The notes beneath the pieces were generated by a model that saw nothing but the letters and a program-made list of their open reading frames with translations, was not told the origin of the DNA and made no database searches. A program made the translations under genes and the position numbers. A DNA stretch of 63,197 nucleotides, filler included, from Circinaria calcarea (lineage: Eukaryota), in assembly GCA_051942165.1 (NCBI GenBank). It is 13 parts of 13 records of this genome, joined end to end, with 100 filler letters (N's around TTAATTAATTAA, not from the genome) between each part and the next. Parts side by side here need not be neighbours in the genome. Positions count along the whole stretch, not along the records: positions 1 to 4,780 come from JAVECS010002185.1; positions 4,881 to 9,659 come from JAVECS010002186.1; positions 9,760 to 14,532 come from JAVECS010002187.1; 10 more parts are not named here. The stretch is one strand, 5' to 3'. How positions within the stretch are numbered: the first letter of the stretch is position 1; each line of letters starts with the position of its first letter. Shown piece by piece: positions 1 to 12,439 of this stretch.

Positions 1-1020
1 TGGAGAGAGACGGTGTTGACGCTGGTTTTGAATTCGGACATGATGGATTTCTCTTCTGGGGTGGCGGTGTCGCGGATGATGCTCATGGCTTGGTCTCCAT
101 GTGTTGCTAGTATGACATGGTCGTAAATATCAATAGCTCCACTTTCTCTCCTCAGAGCGATACGACCGTCATCCATTGTTGTCAGGCTTCTTACTGGCGT
201 ACTTAGATATATCCTTTCCTTTGGAAAGTCCTTCAAAACAGCGTCGATGTACTGTTGGGTACCTCCTTTGATGGTCATCCACGGCGGACGAGCGCTTACT
301 GCCGTTAAAAGATGGTGGTTCCACATGAAGCGAACCAAGGTTATGGCGGGAAAATCCAAGGAGGCCTTGTCCGGGCTCGTGCTCCAGACAGAAGCCGTCA
401 TAGGTATTAGATAGTCGTTCTTAAACGATTCCGAATATCCTTCATGATCCAAATAGTCTCCTATACTCTGTTGATGCCATGGCTTTTGCAAGTTAGGTGT
501 CGATCCGTTCGCGCCACTAGGGTCTTCCTCGCTTCCGTCTGATTCTGATAGGAGATCAAGGGCAAACTGGTTGAAGCGTATTATGTCGAATAGCATTCGC
601 CAGATCCGTGCTCTGAAGAAATTCGACTTTTGTGCAAACACCGCTGATAATGAAGTACCGGCCCATTCGAACCTCCCCTGGTCTCGAGAGACACCAAAAG
701 TCATTTCAGTAGGCACGGTAGGTATGTTGATTTCCTTAAGAAAGGCGAGGAAGTTGGCTGCCGGGAGTAAGCTTGGAAACAGGAGACTGAAGGGGACGGA
801 AGATTGGCGAACGGTACGTTGCAGAATTCATGACAATGAAGCCGGTATCGACCTTTGTCGTTTTGCCATTGTGCTCGAACGTGACCGTATTGGTATGCCC
901 CCCCAAGCGGTCATCGGCTTCGTATAGATGGACTTCATGGTTCGTACTTTTCAACGCCCATACTGCACCAATGCCAGTACAGCCACTGCCTACAACGGCT
1001 ACTCTCTTCGGACCATGCAT
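1..1020 (-). CDS. FAD-dependent oxidoreductase, amine-oxidase-like COG2907 family; 3' truncated at window edge
   Basis: ATG at 1020 gives MHGPKRVAVVGSGCTG (Rossmann GxG), EADDRLGGHTNT and VDTGFIVMNSATY. After a GT-AG intron (812-758) the frame reads PNFLAFL..EMTFGVSRDQGRFEWAG..YLIPMTASVWST..RFMWNHHLL..YDHVILATHGDQA and stays open to position 1. Confidence 0.88.
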
Positions 1021-1925
1021 AGTAGAGCAGAGCACTTCTGTAGAGAACCGAGAATAAAGAGATAGAGATAAGGGGAAGGCGGATATACCACCATGTGCAC
1101 GTGATCAGAGGCTCGAGAACACAAGTACACTAGCAATATAACGGTTGTTTCACGAGGGAAATGGCGGATTTGATTGGACCGCCGACGTAACGATATAGAA
1201 ACGAGCCGTCGAGAGAGTTGGCTGAATCGGTAAAATCTTCTATCTATCTCCCACCCCAACGCTTCTTTTTGACCGTTTCCTTTTCCCGGATCCGAAAAGG
1301 GTCCGGTCCGGGAAAGTATTATCTAAGTATGGAGTCAAGCCCCTGAGCTAGTGATAGGGCAGAGATCGCTTAATATGCTCAGAGCTATGATTAAACCGGT
1401 TTATGAACGGCATCAGAAAAGTAACGAAAAGTGCCATATGCTCGCCGAGATAAGCTGGAGCAGAGCAGAGAGGTGAAAGATGACACCGCCGGGATCCCGA
1501 TATCACACTTTAGGCCTGATCTACGCTTTTGATCATTCTGATTGATAACCATCACTACACCCTCAAACGGCATGACTATGGTTGGATTCTCATATACTTC
1601 CATCATTAGTCAGTTCGAGTAATGAGCATTTGGGTCCCGACTACTGGGTCGTTTCAGAGTACTCTGGATTTCGCTTCTGGGAATCTCTTGACATGCCTAT
1701 TCCCCAAAGCGAACCCTAGGAGTAACCCGGTGTGATCTTATCCCTAGTCCAGAGTAGGGAGAAAACTCACTATCTGCAAGATAAAATGAAGGTGATGTAT
1801 TCAAGTGCTGTATAACTAATCGACTGAACTGGTACCAGCGAGACCGCCACTTAAAATGGAAAGACTACCGGCATTCTAGACTTGACCGTTAACCAGCGCA
1901 CGACTTTTCCTTTCAGCGAAACTCT

Positions 1926-2438
1926 CTAGTGTGGATGAAACCAACATGCAGGCGGGTACCTCCGCGGCCGGTAAGTTTCCGCCTCGTCCCCAACCATAAG
2001 CAGCGTAAACGCGTTTTTCGGTCCCACAGTGGTCTTACCCCCAAGCCCATGCCTCGGATCGTTGACACATCTGCCCAAGAGTTCCAATCCTCTTTCAGCG
2101 ACATGCTCCAGGGAAAATATGTCAAATTCATCATCGTCCCCAGTAGTATCTATGACGATGTTGCAAGTACCATGTACCCATCTGTGCGGTACTCTGAAAC
2201 CACTGTGTTGGGAAAAGTGCATCGGCGCCGATGTCTTATCGCCGCACAAGACTAGCCTGAGCGCTGCGGTGCAGTCTGTGAGGACCGGGTGTATGAGGTG
2301 TTGTCCAATCCATTCACTGAAGCAATGGACCAAGTAGTGTTCAGGAACAGGGGCGGAGGGCGGCCCAACATTTGAACTGGTGGGAGCGGCGAGAAGGAGA
2401 GGTGTAGAGATTGACAGGAGAAGGAGGAAGACGTGCAT
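1926..2438 (-). CDS. Small secreted cysteine-containing protein (170 aa), possibly KP4/Ecp2-like fold
   Basis: ATG at 2438 is followed by a hydrophobic signal peptide (MHVFLLLLSISTPLLLA). The ORF is intronless, has 6 Cys, and shows the pattern DC..A...P..W.HGTC.I.I...C...GLGG...VG. Confidence 0.75.
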   Translation of the reverse strand: MHVFLLLLSISTPLLLAAPTSSNVGPPSAPVPEHYLVHCFSEWIGQHLIHPVLTDCTAALRLVLCGDKTSAPMHFSQHSGFRVPHRWVHGTCNIVIDTTGDDDEFDIFSLEHVAERGLELLGRCVNDPRHGLGGKTTVGPKNAFTLLMVGDEAETYRPRRYPPACWFHPH

Positions 2439-3528
2439 CGCTGTCTGGAGCAGCAATGAGCAGCTAAAGGTGGGCGAGAAAGGAATTGTAGGACAGTATC
2501 TCTTAAGTTGAATGCCACAATGCAAAAGTCTGAGAGAACATGGTAGTCTCCGGGAATAACTTATGTTTACTGCCTGGCCCTCTCACCCGTCGCATATCAT
2601 TATTGAATGATGATTCAATACCTAAACCCCCACCGCAAGTCGCAAGTGGCGTGTGTTTCAAATCCAGCACGGCATCCGGCGACAAGGGAGTAAACAGAGA
2701 AGTTCATCCGTACAATCTTCAAGGAATGTTGAACGTTGTTGACGCGGCCAAACCAATTCTTAACTTTCGTCGATGAATAGGAAACATCGCCAATCGGCTG
2801 ATTGCCATTGGCTTCTATAGCTCTGGTGCTGAGACTTCAGGTACTGTGTCGCATATTGCTGGGCAAGCCAGGTATATGTCTTATGAAAACTGGGACCTTC
2901 ATCCTTCATTACATGGGGAACCGTCGACAAAAACGAGCTAACAAATGAATAATAGTTAAAACCAGAACTGTAATACAATCCGTTCTTACCGTAATCACAT
3001 TGTTTGGAAAAGGACGGGCAAGACGTGGATAATATGGTTATAAGCTTCTGCTCTGGTCTTTTCGTAGTAGTAGATCCGAGGTTTTCAACATGCTAACATG
3101 GCCACCATGGTTAATCTTGCACTACATTGGTAACATGCTTTCCTGTGAATGGTGAGATTTAGGTGAGAAATGAGAAATAAGAATCTTCGGTTGGACAGAT
3201 CAGGAGGGGGAGGAATAGAGTGTCCGAACTTCCCGCTAAGCCTTGTGGCGTATTCATGCAACATCATCCAGGACAATGCGCCTCTACTTGGACGGTACCT
3301 GATAACATCACCGACCTACAACCTCTTTCCAGCCAGCCAGAGACGGCAAAGTGACGCATAAATTCCTCTTTGAAGTACTACGAACCTATTAATCGTATAT
3401 CTACCGTATCTTAGCCAGCAAGCCATCTTACCCAGGCGCCCACCCAGCAAACCCGAGTCGGTGACTGCTGTATTGTTGGGAGGAAAAGGCTTTGCATTTC
3501 TGTCTCGTATCTCTTGGAATCCCTCATC

Positions 3529-4334
3529 ATGGCGAACCCGTTCGACACAGATACCGGCTCGGAGCTCTTCGGCAGTTATGAAGCAGAGCTCAAGCTCGTA
3601 CAAGCAGACCTCACCCAAAAACTAGACCAAATCCCAGAGCTCTCAGGCGAGCCCAGGAAATCAATGGTGCGGCTAGCAGAGAGAGCTTTAGAAGAAGCTA
3701 CCGAGCTGGTAAGATTAGCTTCTCAGAATACTGATTCAATTGGGCCTATGTGTTGACGGTTTGCCTCTTAGCTCGACCAAATGCGTATCGAAAAGCAAAA
3801 CATACCCGCCGCAACGAAATCAAAAATAAACCAACGATTCCGTAACTTCGAGGCCGACATCGACAGCTGCAAGCGGAAGCTCAAGGACCTCTCCACCGAT
3901 CGCAAAGCCCTCTTCGGGAACCGTTACAAGGATGACCCGACGGTAGATGATCAGCTTGAGCAACGGCAACAACTGTTGTCGGGGACAGACAGGCTAGATC
4001 GGAGTTCGCAGCGGCTGAGGGAGAGTCAGCGGATAGCGAACGAGACGGAAGACATTGGAAGGGGTACGTTGGCGGATTTGCAGCTGCAAAGGGAACAGAT
4101 CCAACATACACGTATGACGATCTTAGAAAGTGAGGGATATGTGGATAAGAGCGTGAAGACTCTGAGGGGGATGGCGCGTAGGTACTTGATCCCTTACCAC
4201 CCAAATAGGTCCTCAAGCGAGAGAGCAAAGCTAACGCGCATATAAGGATGGCTACGAATCGGATTATAACGGTTGCCATTATCACGGTGCTTGTTCTTCT
4301 CATTATTGCAGTCATTTACGCAAAGTTCCATTAG
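3529..4334 (+). CDS. VTI1: Qb-SNARE Vti1
   Basis: MANPFDTDTGSELFGSYEAELKLVQADL. Introns at 3709-3771 and 4182-4246. SNARE motif QRQQLLSGTDRLDRSSQRLRESQRIANETEDIG, C-terminal TM IITVAIITVLVLLIIAVIY, stop TAG at 4332-4334. Confidence 0.95.
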
Positions 4335-4780
4335 GCTATAGAAAGAGTGTAAGAGGTTTTTTAGGCGTTCAAGGGCATTAAGCATTCATACGGAGCTTTC
4401 AAAATACATTACAGATTCAAGCTAATGAGTCCAACGAAGCACATCATCATCGACCCAAATGATCGTATTCGTTATCAGAGTCAAGAGTATCTTAGTCCCC
4501 ATCCCCGCGTCTCAATCCCATCCTCCACTTTCAAAATCCTACATATAAAAACTCGCCAATCCGGCTGGTCTCAGCTCCATCGTAGTTGGGGGTATATCCT
4601 TCCTGAACGCCTTAATAGCCCTCCCAAAAACTCCAATCACTATACCTAGAAAATACCCCTTTCCCTCCCCAAAATCCCCTCCTTCAGAACCCCTTCCATC
4701 TCAACTCGTGAACCTCAAAACACTAAACGCCACATTCACCAGCACCCCCGTCACCACGGCAATCTGCCTCCTCTTGCTCC

Positions 4781-4880
4781 NNNNNNNNNNNNNNNNNNNN
4801 NNNNNNNNNNNNNNNNNNNNNNNNTTAATTAATTAANNNNNNNNNNNNNNNNNNNNNNNNNNNNNNNNNNNNNNNNNNNN
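4781..4880. other. Artificial contig linker
   Basis: 44 N + TTAATTAATTAA (stops in all six frames) + 44 N. Confidence 0.99.
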
Positions 4881-7800
4881 CTGCTGAGTGGGGCTGGCGG
4901 TGGTCCTCCGTAAATGGCAGTGTCAGCTAGTCCGGGTTGCTGCGTTATCGCATAAGTCGACAGTGGCCTAGTCATGCTCGTGCCACGTTTTCCAGAGCGC
5001 GACGTGCTTCATCCTCTACCAGTCTCGGTCCACCGATAGCCTTAGTGGTGTCTCGCGCATAAGACCTACAGCCCCCGACGTCCATCAGACCGTCAGAAGG
5101 GCCTGCACCTCGAGAATGCGAAGTTCGTCGTAATCATCGGATGAGATCTCACGGAGAGGACGGGCCAACCACTATGCATGATGCATGCTGATGCATATGC
5201 CGAGGGGGCAAGCGACACAAAAAGCTCCTATCTTGCCTTTCAATGTCGCCAGCCCCCCCTCTCGACTCCGACCGGACGGGAGCCATTTCAAATCATTTCA
5301 TCGGAATCACTATCGAGGGGTACCCTTCGTCTGGATTCTACCTTTGGGCTGATCGACTGTCCATGCATCAACCCCTTTCGGGTCATGGCCGGAGGAGAAG
5401 CTGCTCCCCTTTCGACGGTACGCTTGTCGGAAAGGGTCCAACACGACACGCCGCCGACGCTTTTGCCTCGGGCTTGCACAACGTGGTCCCGGGTAGGATT
5501 GACAAAGGCACATGTGGTATTATTAAATAATTCTAATAAATTGAAGGTAATTTGGATGCGCGAAACATTGCATACTCGAAGGCCTTTTCGCCTGCACGCG
5601 CCCTCAAAGAAGCTAGACTACTAAATTATTCGCTCTTGGTTTATACGCGCATGCAGGTCCCTGGGTCGACATTAGCTGTCAGGCACGCAAGGGGAAAAAA
5701 TGGATTTCCATCGGCCCGCATATATATTTCTCCCCTGCTGTCTTTTGCCCCTGCTGTCTGCAGACTGCAGCTACTGTATTCTACTCCGTACCCACTCAAC
5801 TCCCGATATCCCGGATTCCCGGCACGATCTCTGGAATTCACTCGGCCGGCGCGTCTGCACCTGCTCGTGTATCTCTTTCGCTTGCAAAGCCTGCATGGGC
5901 ATGGGACTGGCACTGGGGAAATGGGGATTAAGGTGTTTGAGATACTGTACGCTCTCTGCATCTTGGCACCGATGGCTAAAAGTGCTTGCGTCTGACCCCA
6001 ACAGCATGCAAGGCAGCCTAACTGCAGGTGGATTAACTTAACTGTGCAAACCAGAGGCCCGTGTCTCCATGTGAAGAGGAAGCGGAATTCCAACAAAGAT
6101 GAAATAATCTAGGGGAAACTAATGTCAAGCGATGAAGCTTAGACCTGTGTAAAGTACATACAGTCTTTGGGAACCTAGCATGGCGGATCGACAGTACAGT
6201 CGTCTTTCTACCTTGTCAATACCCTGTAGCAATCCTACGTGATCCGATCGTAGATGCCGCCGCGAAAGGGAGATCCTCGATCCGCGGTTCTTGTTGAATG
6301 AAAATCCTGTTTCGGTTTAGGGATCTCACCGCCATCCGAACTGCCATAACTACCGACAGCATTCTCTCTAGAATAGGACCTAAAGTACTCTACACTCTCC
6401 GCATCCGGTTCTCTTCCATCTCAACGGTCAGACGGTAAGCCTAACTGACCGCCGCATTCGTCCAACGGTCACCCCGGTGGGCAGGGCGCTTTAAGATCTT
6501 ACCCGTCCCAAGTCGACTCCTCCTCCTTCATTCGTCGAAAAACCAGAATTGATTGGGGGAACTCTACAGTAGTGCTCAGATCTCGCCGTTCAGCTCGCAT
6601 CCATTTAAGCCAGAACACAATTGCTTGAACTACACAAGAGAAAGCCTCAAGCCGGACTATCGACTAAGATCTTCGAGAGTTTGCCCACCTTGATAAACGG
6701 AGGTAGAATGAAGGGTGCATGACAGCTGACTTCTCCGTCTGCCAGACACCGCTGATACCATCTAGGGCAAAAAACCCAGATCGACAGAAATAGTATCTGC
6801 TCCTGGCAGATTAAGTGTCGCCCGAAAAGTAGCTCCATCGTCCTCTTTCGGCATCTAAGGGAGATTGACGGCTTATCTGACGCGCTAATGCACGCTACTT
6901 GCATCACGTCGTCTCAAACCGGAAAGGCAAAATTAATAATGCGAACCTTATTTGTGAAGTGCCAGAGACCTTCAAGCTTAAATGCGCTGCTTCTATTGGC
7001 CGATCTACTTTCATCGTCAAGCCTTCCGACATTTTCAATAGTTTCACCCAGGCACACCACGAACGATCTATCGACAGTAACTAAGTTGCTCTAGACGTCG
7101 AAGGCAAAGAAAACTGAAGGTTAGTAATCAGGTCAAGTCACGTACCAAGGTAACGGTATCCACCGACAGCGGAGAAATGTCCGTCGATCGAATGAGATAG
7201 GCTGGTTGGAAAAGGTCACTCTGAGATCAGCCTCATGTACTCGGATCTAAAGTTCTCCCCCGCAATATTGGGACAGTCGACAGTTGAGAATTTCCCTGTT
7301 GTCTCCGGTCTCCCTCTCCCGGCCGACACCAAGGAGCGTTTTTCCTAGCCAGATCAAACAATGCCATTGTATTCCGAGCACATGAGCGCATACAAACCTA
7401 CAAGTTAGGCAGGCGAGGGCATGGATATTACAAGCTTACTCGACGAGAACCAGGGACAACACTGATGGACAGGCAAAATGAAAGCCGTATGTTTCAACCC
7501 CTTTTCCTATTTTGTATGATCATGACAGTCAGTTCAATATCTTCTCCCGATGAGGTACACGGATCACTAGCCCAGTCGAAATGAACAAAACTTCACGGAA
7601 CTATTTGATTTCCCGTTGTGCGGGCGGTGGAGGCGACGCCGTCGATATATCCTCTCTGGTGCATTCATCAGCCCTGTTTTCAGCTTGACCAGGCCACATA
7701 CTTGCCACTCGGTTATCTTGCATAAAGCCTGACGATCTAGGTTGGCGTGGCTGGGCAACCATTCCGAAAAAGGACGTCTACTGATTTCTAACTTGGCCAA

Positions 7801-9659
7801 GCCTGTGTTAGGTTGTTACCAGGTAACAGACACCAGTACACCACACCATCGGAATATAAATGATTTGACTATAGGGCGAAGGTTACAGCAGCAGATGTCC
7901 GGCCTAAACTCTAAAAAATCCTCTAAAGGAGGCGTGTTTGCTTCTTTTCCGGAGCTTTTGGTCCGGAGGACGATAAAAAAAAAGGGACGCAAGGTCAGAT
8001 GACAGTAGACCAGTCGGCCATACCCTATCCTCTCCCTACAATTATTGCTACGTCTACACCGAGTTTGCGCAACTAGTCTACCACGCCCTTCTCAAAGCCA
8101 GCGATCCTATTGGGCACGACGGACCAATCCCCGTACCATGGTGATTGCAGCCTTTATCTCATCATCCTAGATTGTCTCTTGGTGCCTTCATCCAACCCCC
8201 CTTTCGAATATGTCTGAGGTGCCAAGGATCTCTGCTTCATGTCTCAGTTTAGGAACTTCACAATCCATCCAGGTCAGCAGATGGTCTTCACTCGACAGTC
8301 CCGCTTGCCTTCTGTCACATCTCCCAGTCTGCGTCACGTTTTCAATCTGTGTGACGTTTTTCAGTCTCCTTCTAATCCCTTCTTATCAATTACCTATCTC
8401 TTTCCTTATTCGTATAGGACACCAATACCAGGCGATCACCTCCAACAACCCGCTACACAGTAGGTTGGCTGCGTTCCAGATACGCTTTCACCGTACTTTG
8501 ACTGAACATTGGTCGCAAGGGTATGACGCCAAAGGCCAGGCGTGGCGTTTTCGCATCAGCCTCCTTTGTATCACCTGCCACACGCCGGATATCGTCACAC
8601 ACTCTGTATCCTAATGTTCACTCCCTCATGCTGAAACATTTGCCACGTCGTCGCCACCGCCTAAACTTACTATGATTGATTTTGGCCGCCACATCACTGC
8701 CATGATTTGGCGTCTCATCTCACCTTGTCTCTTTCTCCTCTACAAAACCTAACCTGGCTACACTTGCACATCGTCCCCCTAAGTATTCTAGGATACCTCG
8801 GAATAGACGGCGCCAAACATACATCTTGTTCCTCGTCCCGAATTGATTTGTGCGTACCTGGTCAGGGCCGCCATTAATCCGGCAGTTCACACTAATAGCG
8901 TGCATTGATAGTCCACAGTCCAAGGTTTTGAGCAGCAATATGTATGGTGGCACTGCTATCTGAGTATGTAACTTAATAAGCTACCTATGCTACGAAAAAT
9001 CGCTTTTGTGGGGTGTGGACAGTGTAGAGCACGGACCACGTATTACCCGAAGGTAACACATCATCTGGTAAGCCCTATGACTTCCAACACAGGGCAGCTG
9101 GACTGGACTACGCTGTTGGGACTACTGATAGCGCTGTAGCTGGTCGTATCCGTTCAGAGCAGTCTACCTACACGATGCGGCTCGAAAATATTCAACCTAC
9201 GCGTTTTTTCCGTATAGTTCACAGCTCACATAATCAATGGGGATTTACATTCATCACTCGTCAAAATCCGACTCCCCTATTCGCCTATAAAGCCCCCTAA
9301 CATTAAAAGGGACATTTTGAATTTAGGATGTGCCCGAGAAATTCTGACACTCCCGAGCGGTCCCGAGTCCTTTTCGTCTCCAACTACATTCCCGGGCTCC
9401 CCGGAATCCTCTCGGGAGGTTTGCTATCACGTTGGAACAAATTCAAATTATTTTTGTATCATCGGGCCTGGCTCTGTAGTTTAGAGGGGGGTTTTGAAAT
9501 TCTTCCAAAACATTGTTCGATTCATCTTAAAGATTATAGACAGATGGAAAAGTAGATTAGAGGGGAAAACCGATAGATATATCTACTGTGTTTTTTAATT
9601 TATCGTCGTTACATGGTACCTGCCGCCCCTTTAGTTTCTCTCACTTAAACCCCCCCCCC

Positions 9660-9759
9660 NNNNNNNNNNNNNNNNNNNNNNNNNNNNNNNNNNNNNNNNN
9701 NNNTTAATTAATTAANNNNNNNNNNNNNNNNNNNNNNNNNNNNNNNNNNNNNNNNNNNN
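9660..9759. other. Artificial contig linker
   Basis: 44 N + TTAATTAATTAA + 44 N. Confidence 0.99.
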
Positions 9760-10705
9760 GGGCCGGGGCCTGGTCAGGCTGGCTGTTATACCGACGCTAC
9801 GACGAGGAAATGAAGAGACTTCCGCGTTTTACGATCTCACCCGGTCATGCATTGGGCCTTATCAATGTACAGAGCTACTTTTCCTGCTTCCTGCTTTCCA
9901 AACTCTCATCTATTCAGGCCACCATGCAAACATCGAGCTTTGTCCTAGAATACTTTGTCCAAAGCCTTGCACGCATATTTTTGGTGATCTTCATAGTGTT
10001 AGATTGGATCTTGATCTATCAGATTGATTCCAACACTCTACTGGCGGCCTGTTTTACATCAAAGGTCCTTTCCCTTTTTCTACAAACAAGTCAAGCAATC
10101 ACGTGCAAATCACCTGTTTGCTACCTCTGTTACTATATCTTATCATCATCATCACCATCAGAAATCCCTTTTATTCATCTAGCACAGCTGAGGATTCATG
10201 GGTATTCACCCCAAATAAATGAATAATTCATCCCAAACCAATATTTTCATTCATTTTTCACGCTATCTTCACACAGTCATCCGTGACATCTTAACCCGGC
10301 CCCCTCTTGCCCTCCTTGCAATTCTCTCCCCCATCCAACAATCACCTCAACTCAAGTCCACTGCGAGTCTGTACCCCGTTACTCTCCCTTTGCCAACTCA
10401 ATGTAGCTCCTATCTTCTCCCAGTCATAGCTGTTAGACTGCCGGAACATCTTTCATGATGTAAGCTTTAGACCTTCCCCTTCTTCGTTATCGTTGTCGCG
10501 TCGCTGATGCTGTTGGCTGCCGCCCGCCTTGTATCACAACCTTCGCCCTCTGAAACTCAACCTGACATAAGAGTTAGACTCCATCACGCCTCAGCAATCT
10601 TTGTACGCTCTTCAGGAACATCCTCCCAGCATCAGCTATTATATATGATAATGTCACCCAGGCCAAGTAACGTCGTGGTTCGTCGGATGTACGATCATCC
10701 CATCA

Positions 10706-12439
10706 TTGCATCTTGGCAGGAGCCAACAGCCAGGTACACTGCACTGCCCTAGCAGTAGTAAATACTTGGTAGCCAAGCTGGATATTGTAACCCATGTCGA
10801 TTGGAAGAGATACATCGACGTGAAGCTTACTGTCAAGGATGACGGTTTCACCATTCATCAGGTACAGGCAGACGAGACTGGGTTGCCCAACTATACTCAA
10901 GAGCCAAGTCTATTTTCTAGTCTTGCAGATGGAGAGCTTTGGTGTTTCGCAATCGAGTTTGACACGAGCAAACTTCAGGCATCAGCACTACAAGTCAAAG
11001 TCGTGTCTGGTGGTCCCCTCCCCACTTTGGTAGCGCTGTACAGCATGTACATGGCAAGAGGGGAAGAATTATTTTTCTATTTCAGCACTAATAATACTAT
11101 ATATGATAGCGCTAAGCGATTACTTCTCGGCCCGGACAGTGTTGTCGTTACCGCGACCTTCATCGATGAAGCCGCTCGGGCAACTGAATGCGAGTGCTGG
11201 TTTTTCCTGGGTAATTACGGACCATGCCCAACAATTCTTGTCGGGGATCCTAAGCAACTGCTTCCTGTTATCAAGACTGTGCCAATGCAAAACGGTTTCG
11301 TCAAGTAGTACGGCGTGACACTTTTTGCACGTTTAATGAAGCTGGGGCATCCTTCGGTTCTTCTTACTGAACAATTTCGAATGCTCGACCTTTTTTCCGA
11401 GTTGACCTCGACAATTTTCTACCAGGGAACGCTTATTAAAGGTGATGGCACCTCTCGCTCGCCTGGTTTCTAAACATAATTTCCAAGAGTACGGATCCGG
11501 ACTCCTGGTTTGTTGCTCGACGTAAAGAGTTTCTCGGATAAAGATACTAATTCCTTGGTTTACAACTATACCAATGTATCCGTAACCCTGGATCTGATCG
11601 AGAAGCTTATCCGCATTGATAGTATCCATGTATAGGATATTGCCATCATTGCCCCATATCGAGCACAGGTCCGAGTTTACCAGAATGCATTAGCCGAATT
11701 CCGTAGGGCAAACCCAAAATTGCAAATCGAGGATATTGCTGTCAATACCGTCGATTATTTACAAGGGGGCGAGGCGCCGGTCATTTTCCTGAATTTGTGT
11801 GTCACGAACAAAGTCGGCTTCATGAAGCATATGAATCGGGTCAACGTTGCCACCTTTCGGGTCCAAGACGCCATGTATATCTTGATGGATATTGAAGAAA
11901 TTTTTGGCGGTGTACGACCTAACAGCCGAAGGTTGGTAACTGGAGTGGTCACTTACTTCCAAAACCGAGGAATGTGCCATCATATCGAAGAGGGGTATAA
12001 TCGGAATGAATATCTACAGGAGCTTTTCGTTCGAGCGGGTGATTACGAAGTCATAGACCCAGATCATTTTGATTACGAGCAACGCGTTGGGTTTAGGTAT
12101 AGTGACAAAGTGGAAGACGAACTTGCCTACTATTGGGCTAAAGGGGGCGCCACAGGTCTTTATGATATCTTGGGTATCAATTCATCTGCCACCGAGGATC
12201 AAATCCGAAAGGCCTTTATAGCCTTGAGCTTAAAGTGGCACCCGGGCAAGAACAACAACGCCACTGCCAGCGAGGGGTTCATGAAGGTTATCAAGCTGAA
12301 CGACGTACTTTCATACCCGGTCAAGAGGAAAGCCTACGATTGGCATGGTCAAATTCCAATCGATTCCATAACCTTCACAAAGTATAAGTACTCCAAGTAC
12401 ATGGAGATTCCCGAAGATGACATGAGATCTGTCCCCTAA
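10706..12439 (+). pseudogene. Disrupted UPF1/DNA2/NAM7-like SF1 helicase (AAA_11/AAA_12) fused to a C-terminal DnaJ J-domain
   Basis: One reading frame contains FIDEAARATE, ILVGDPKQLLPVI, TLFARLM, LLTEQFRM, IAIIAPYRAQV, VNTVDYLQGGE and GFMKHMNRVNVATFRV, then LYDILGINSSATEDQIRKAFIALSLKWHPGKN..VLSYPVKRKAYD. In-frame stops at 11306 (TAG), 11471 (TAA), 11477 (TAA) and 11633 (TAG). No intact Walker A motif is visible. The 5' boundary is uncertain. Confidence 0.85.

Noticed and set aside
4701..4780. Possible last exon on the minus strand (SKRRQIAVVTGVLVNVAFSVLRFTS-stop)
   Set aside because: Plausible membrane-protein tail, but too short to support or identify
5178..6096. Overlapping 110-150 aa ORFs in contig 2
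   Set aside because: No motifs, mutually overlapping on both strands, consistent with chance ORFs
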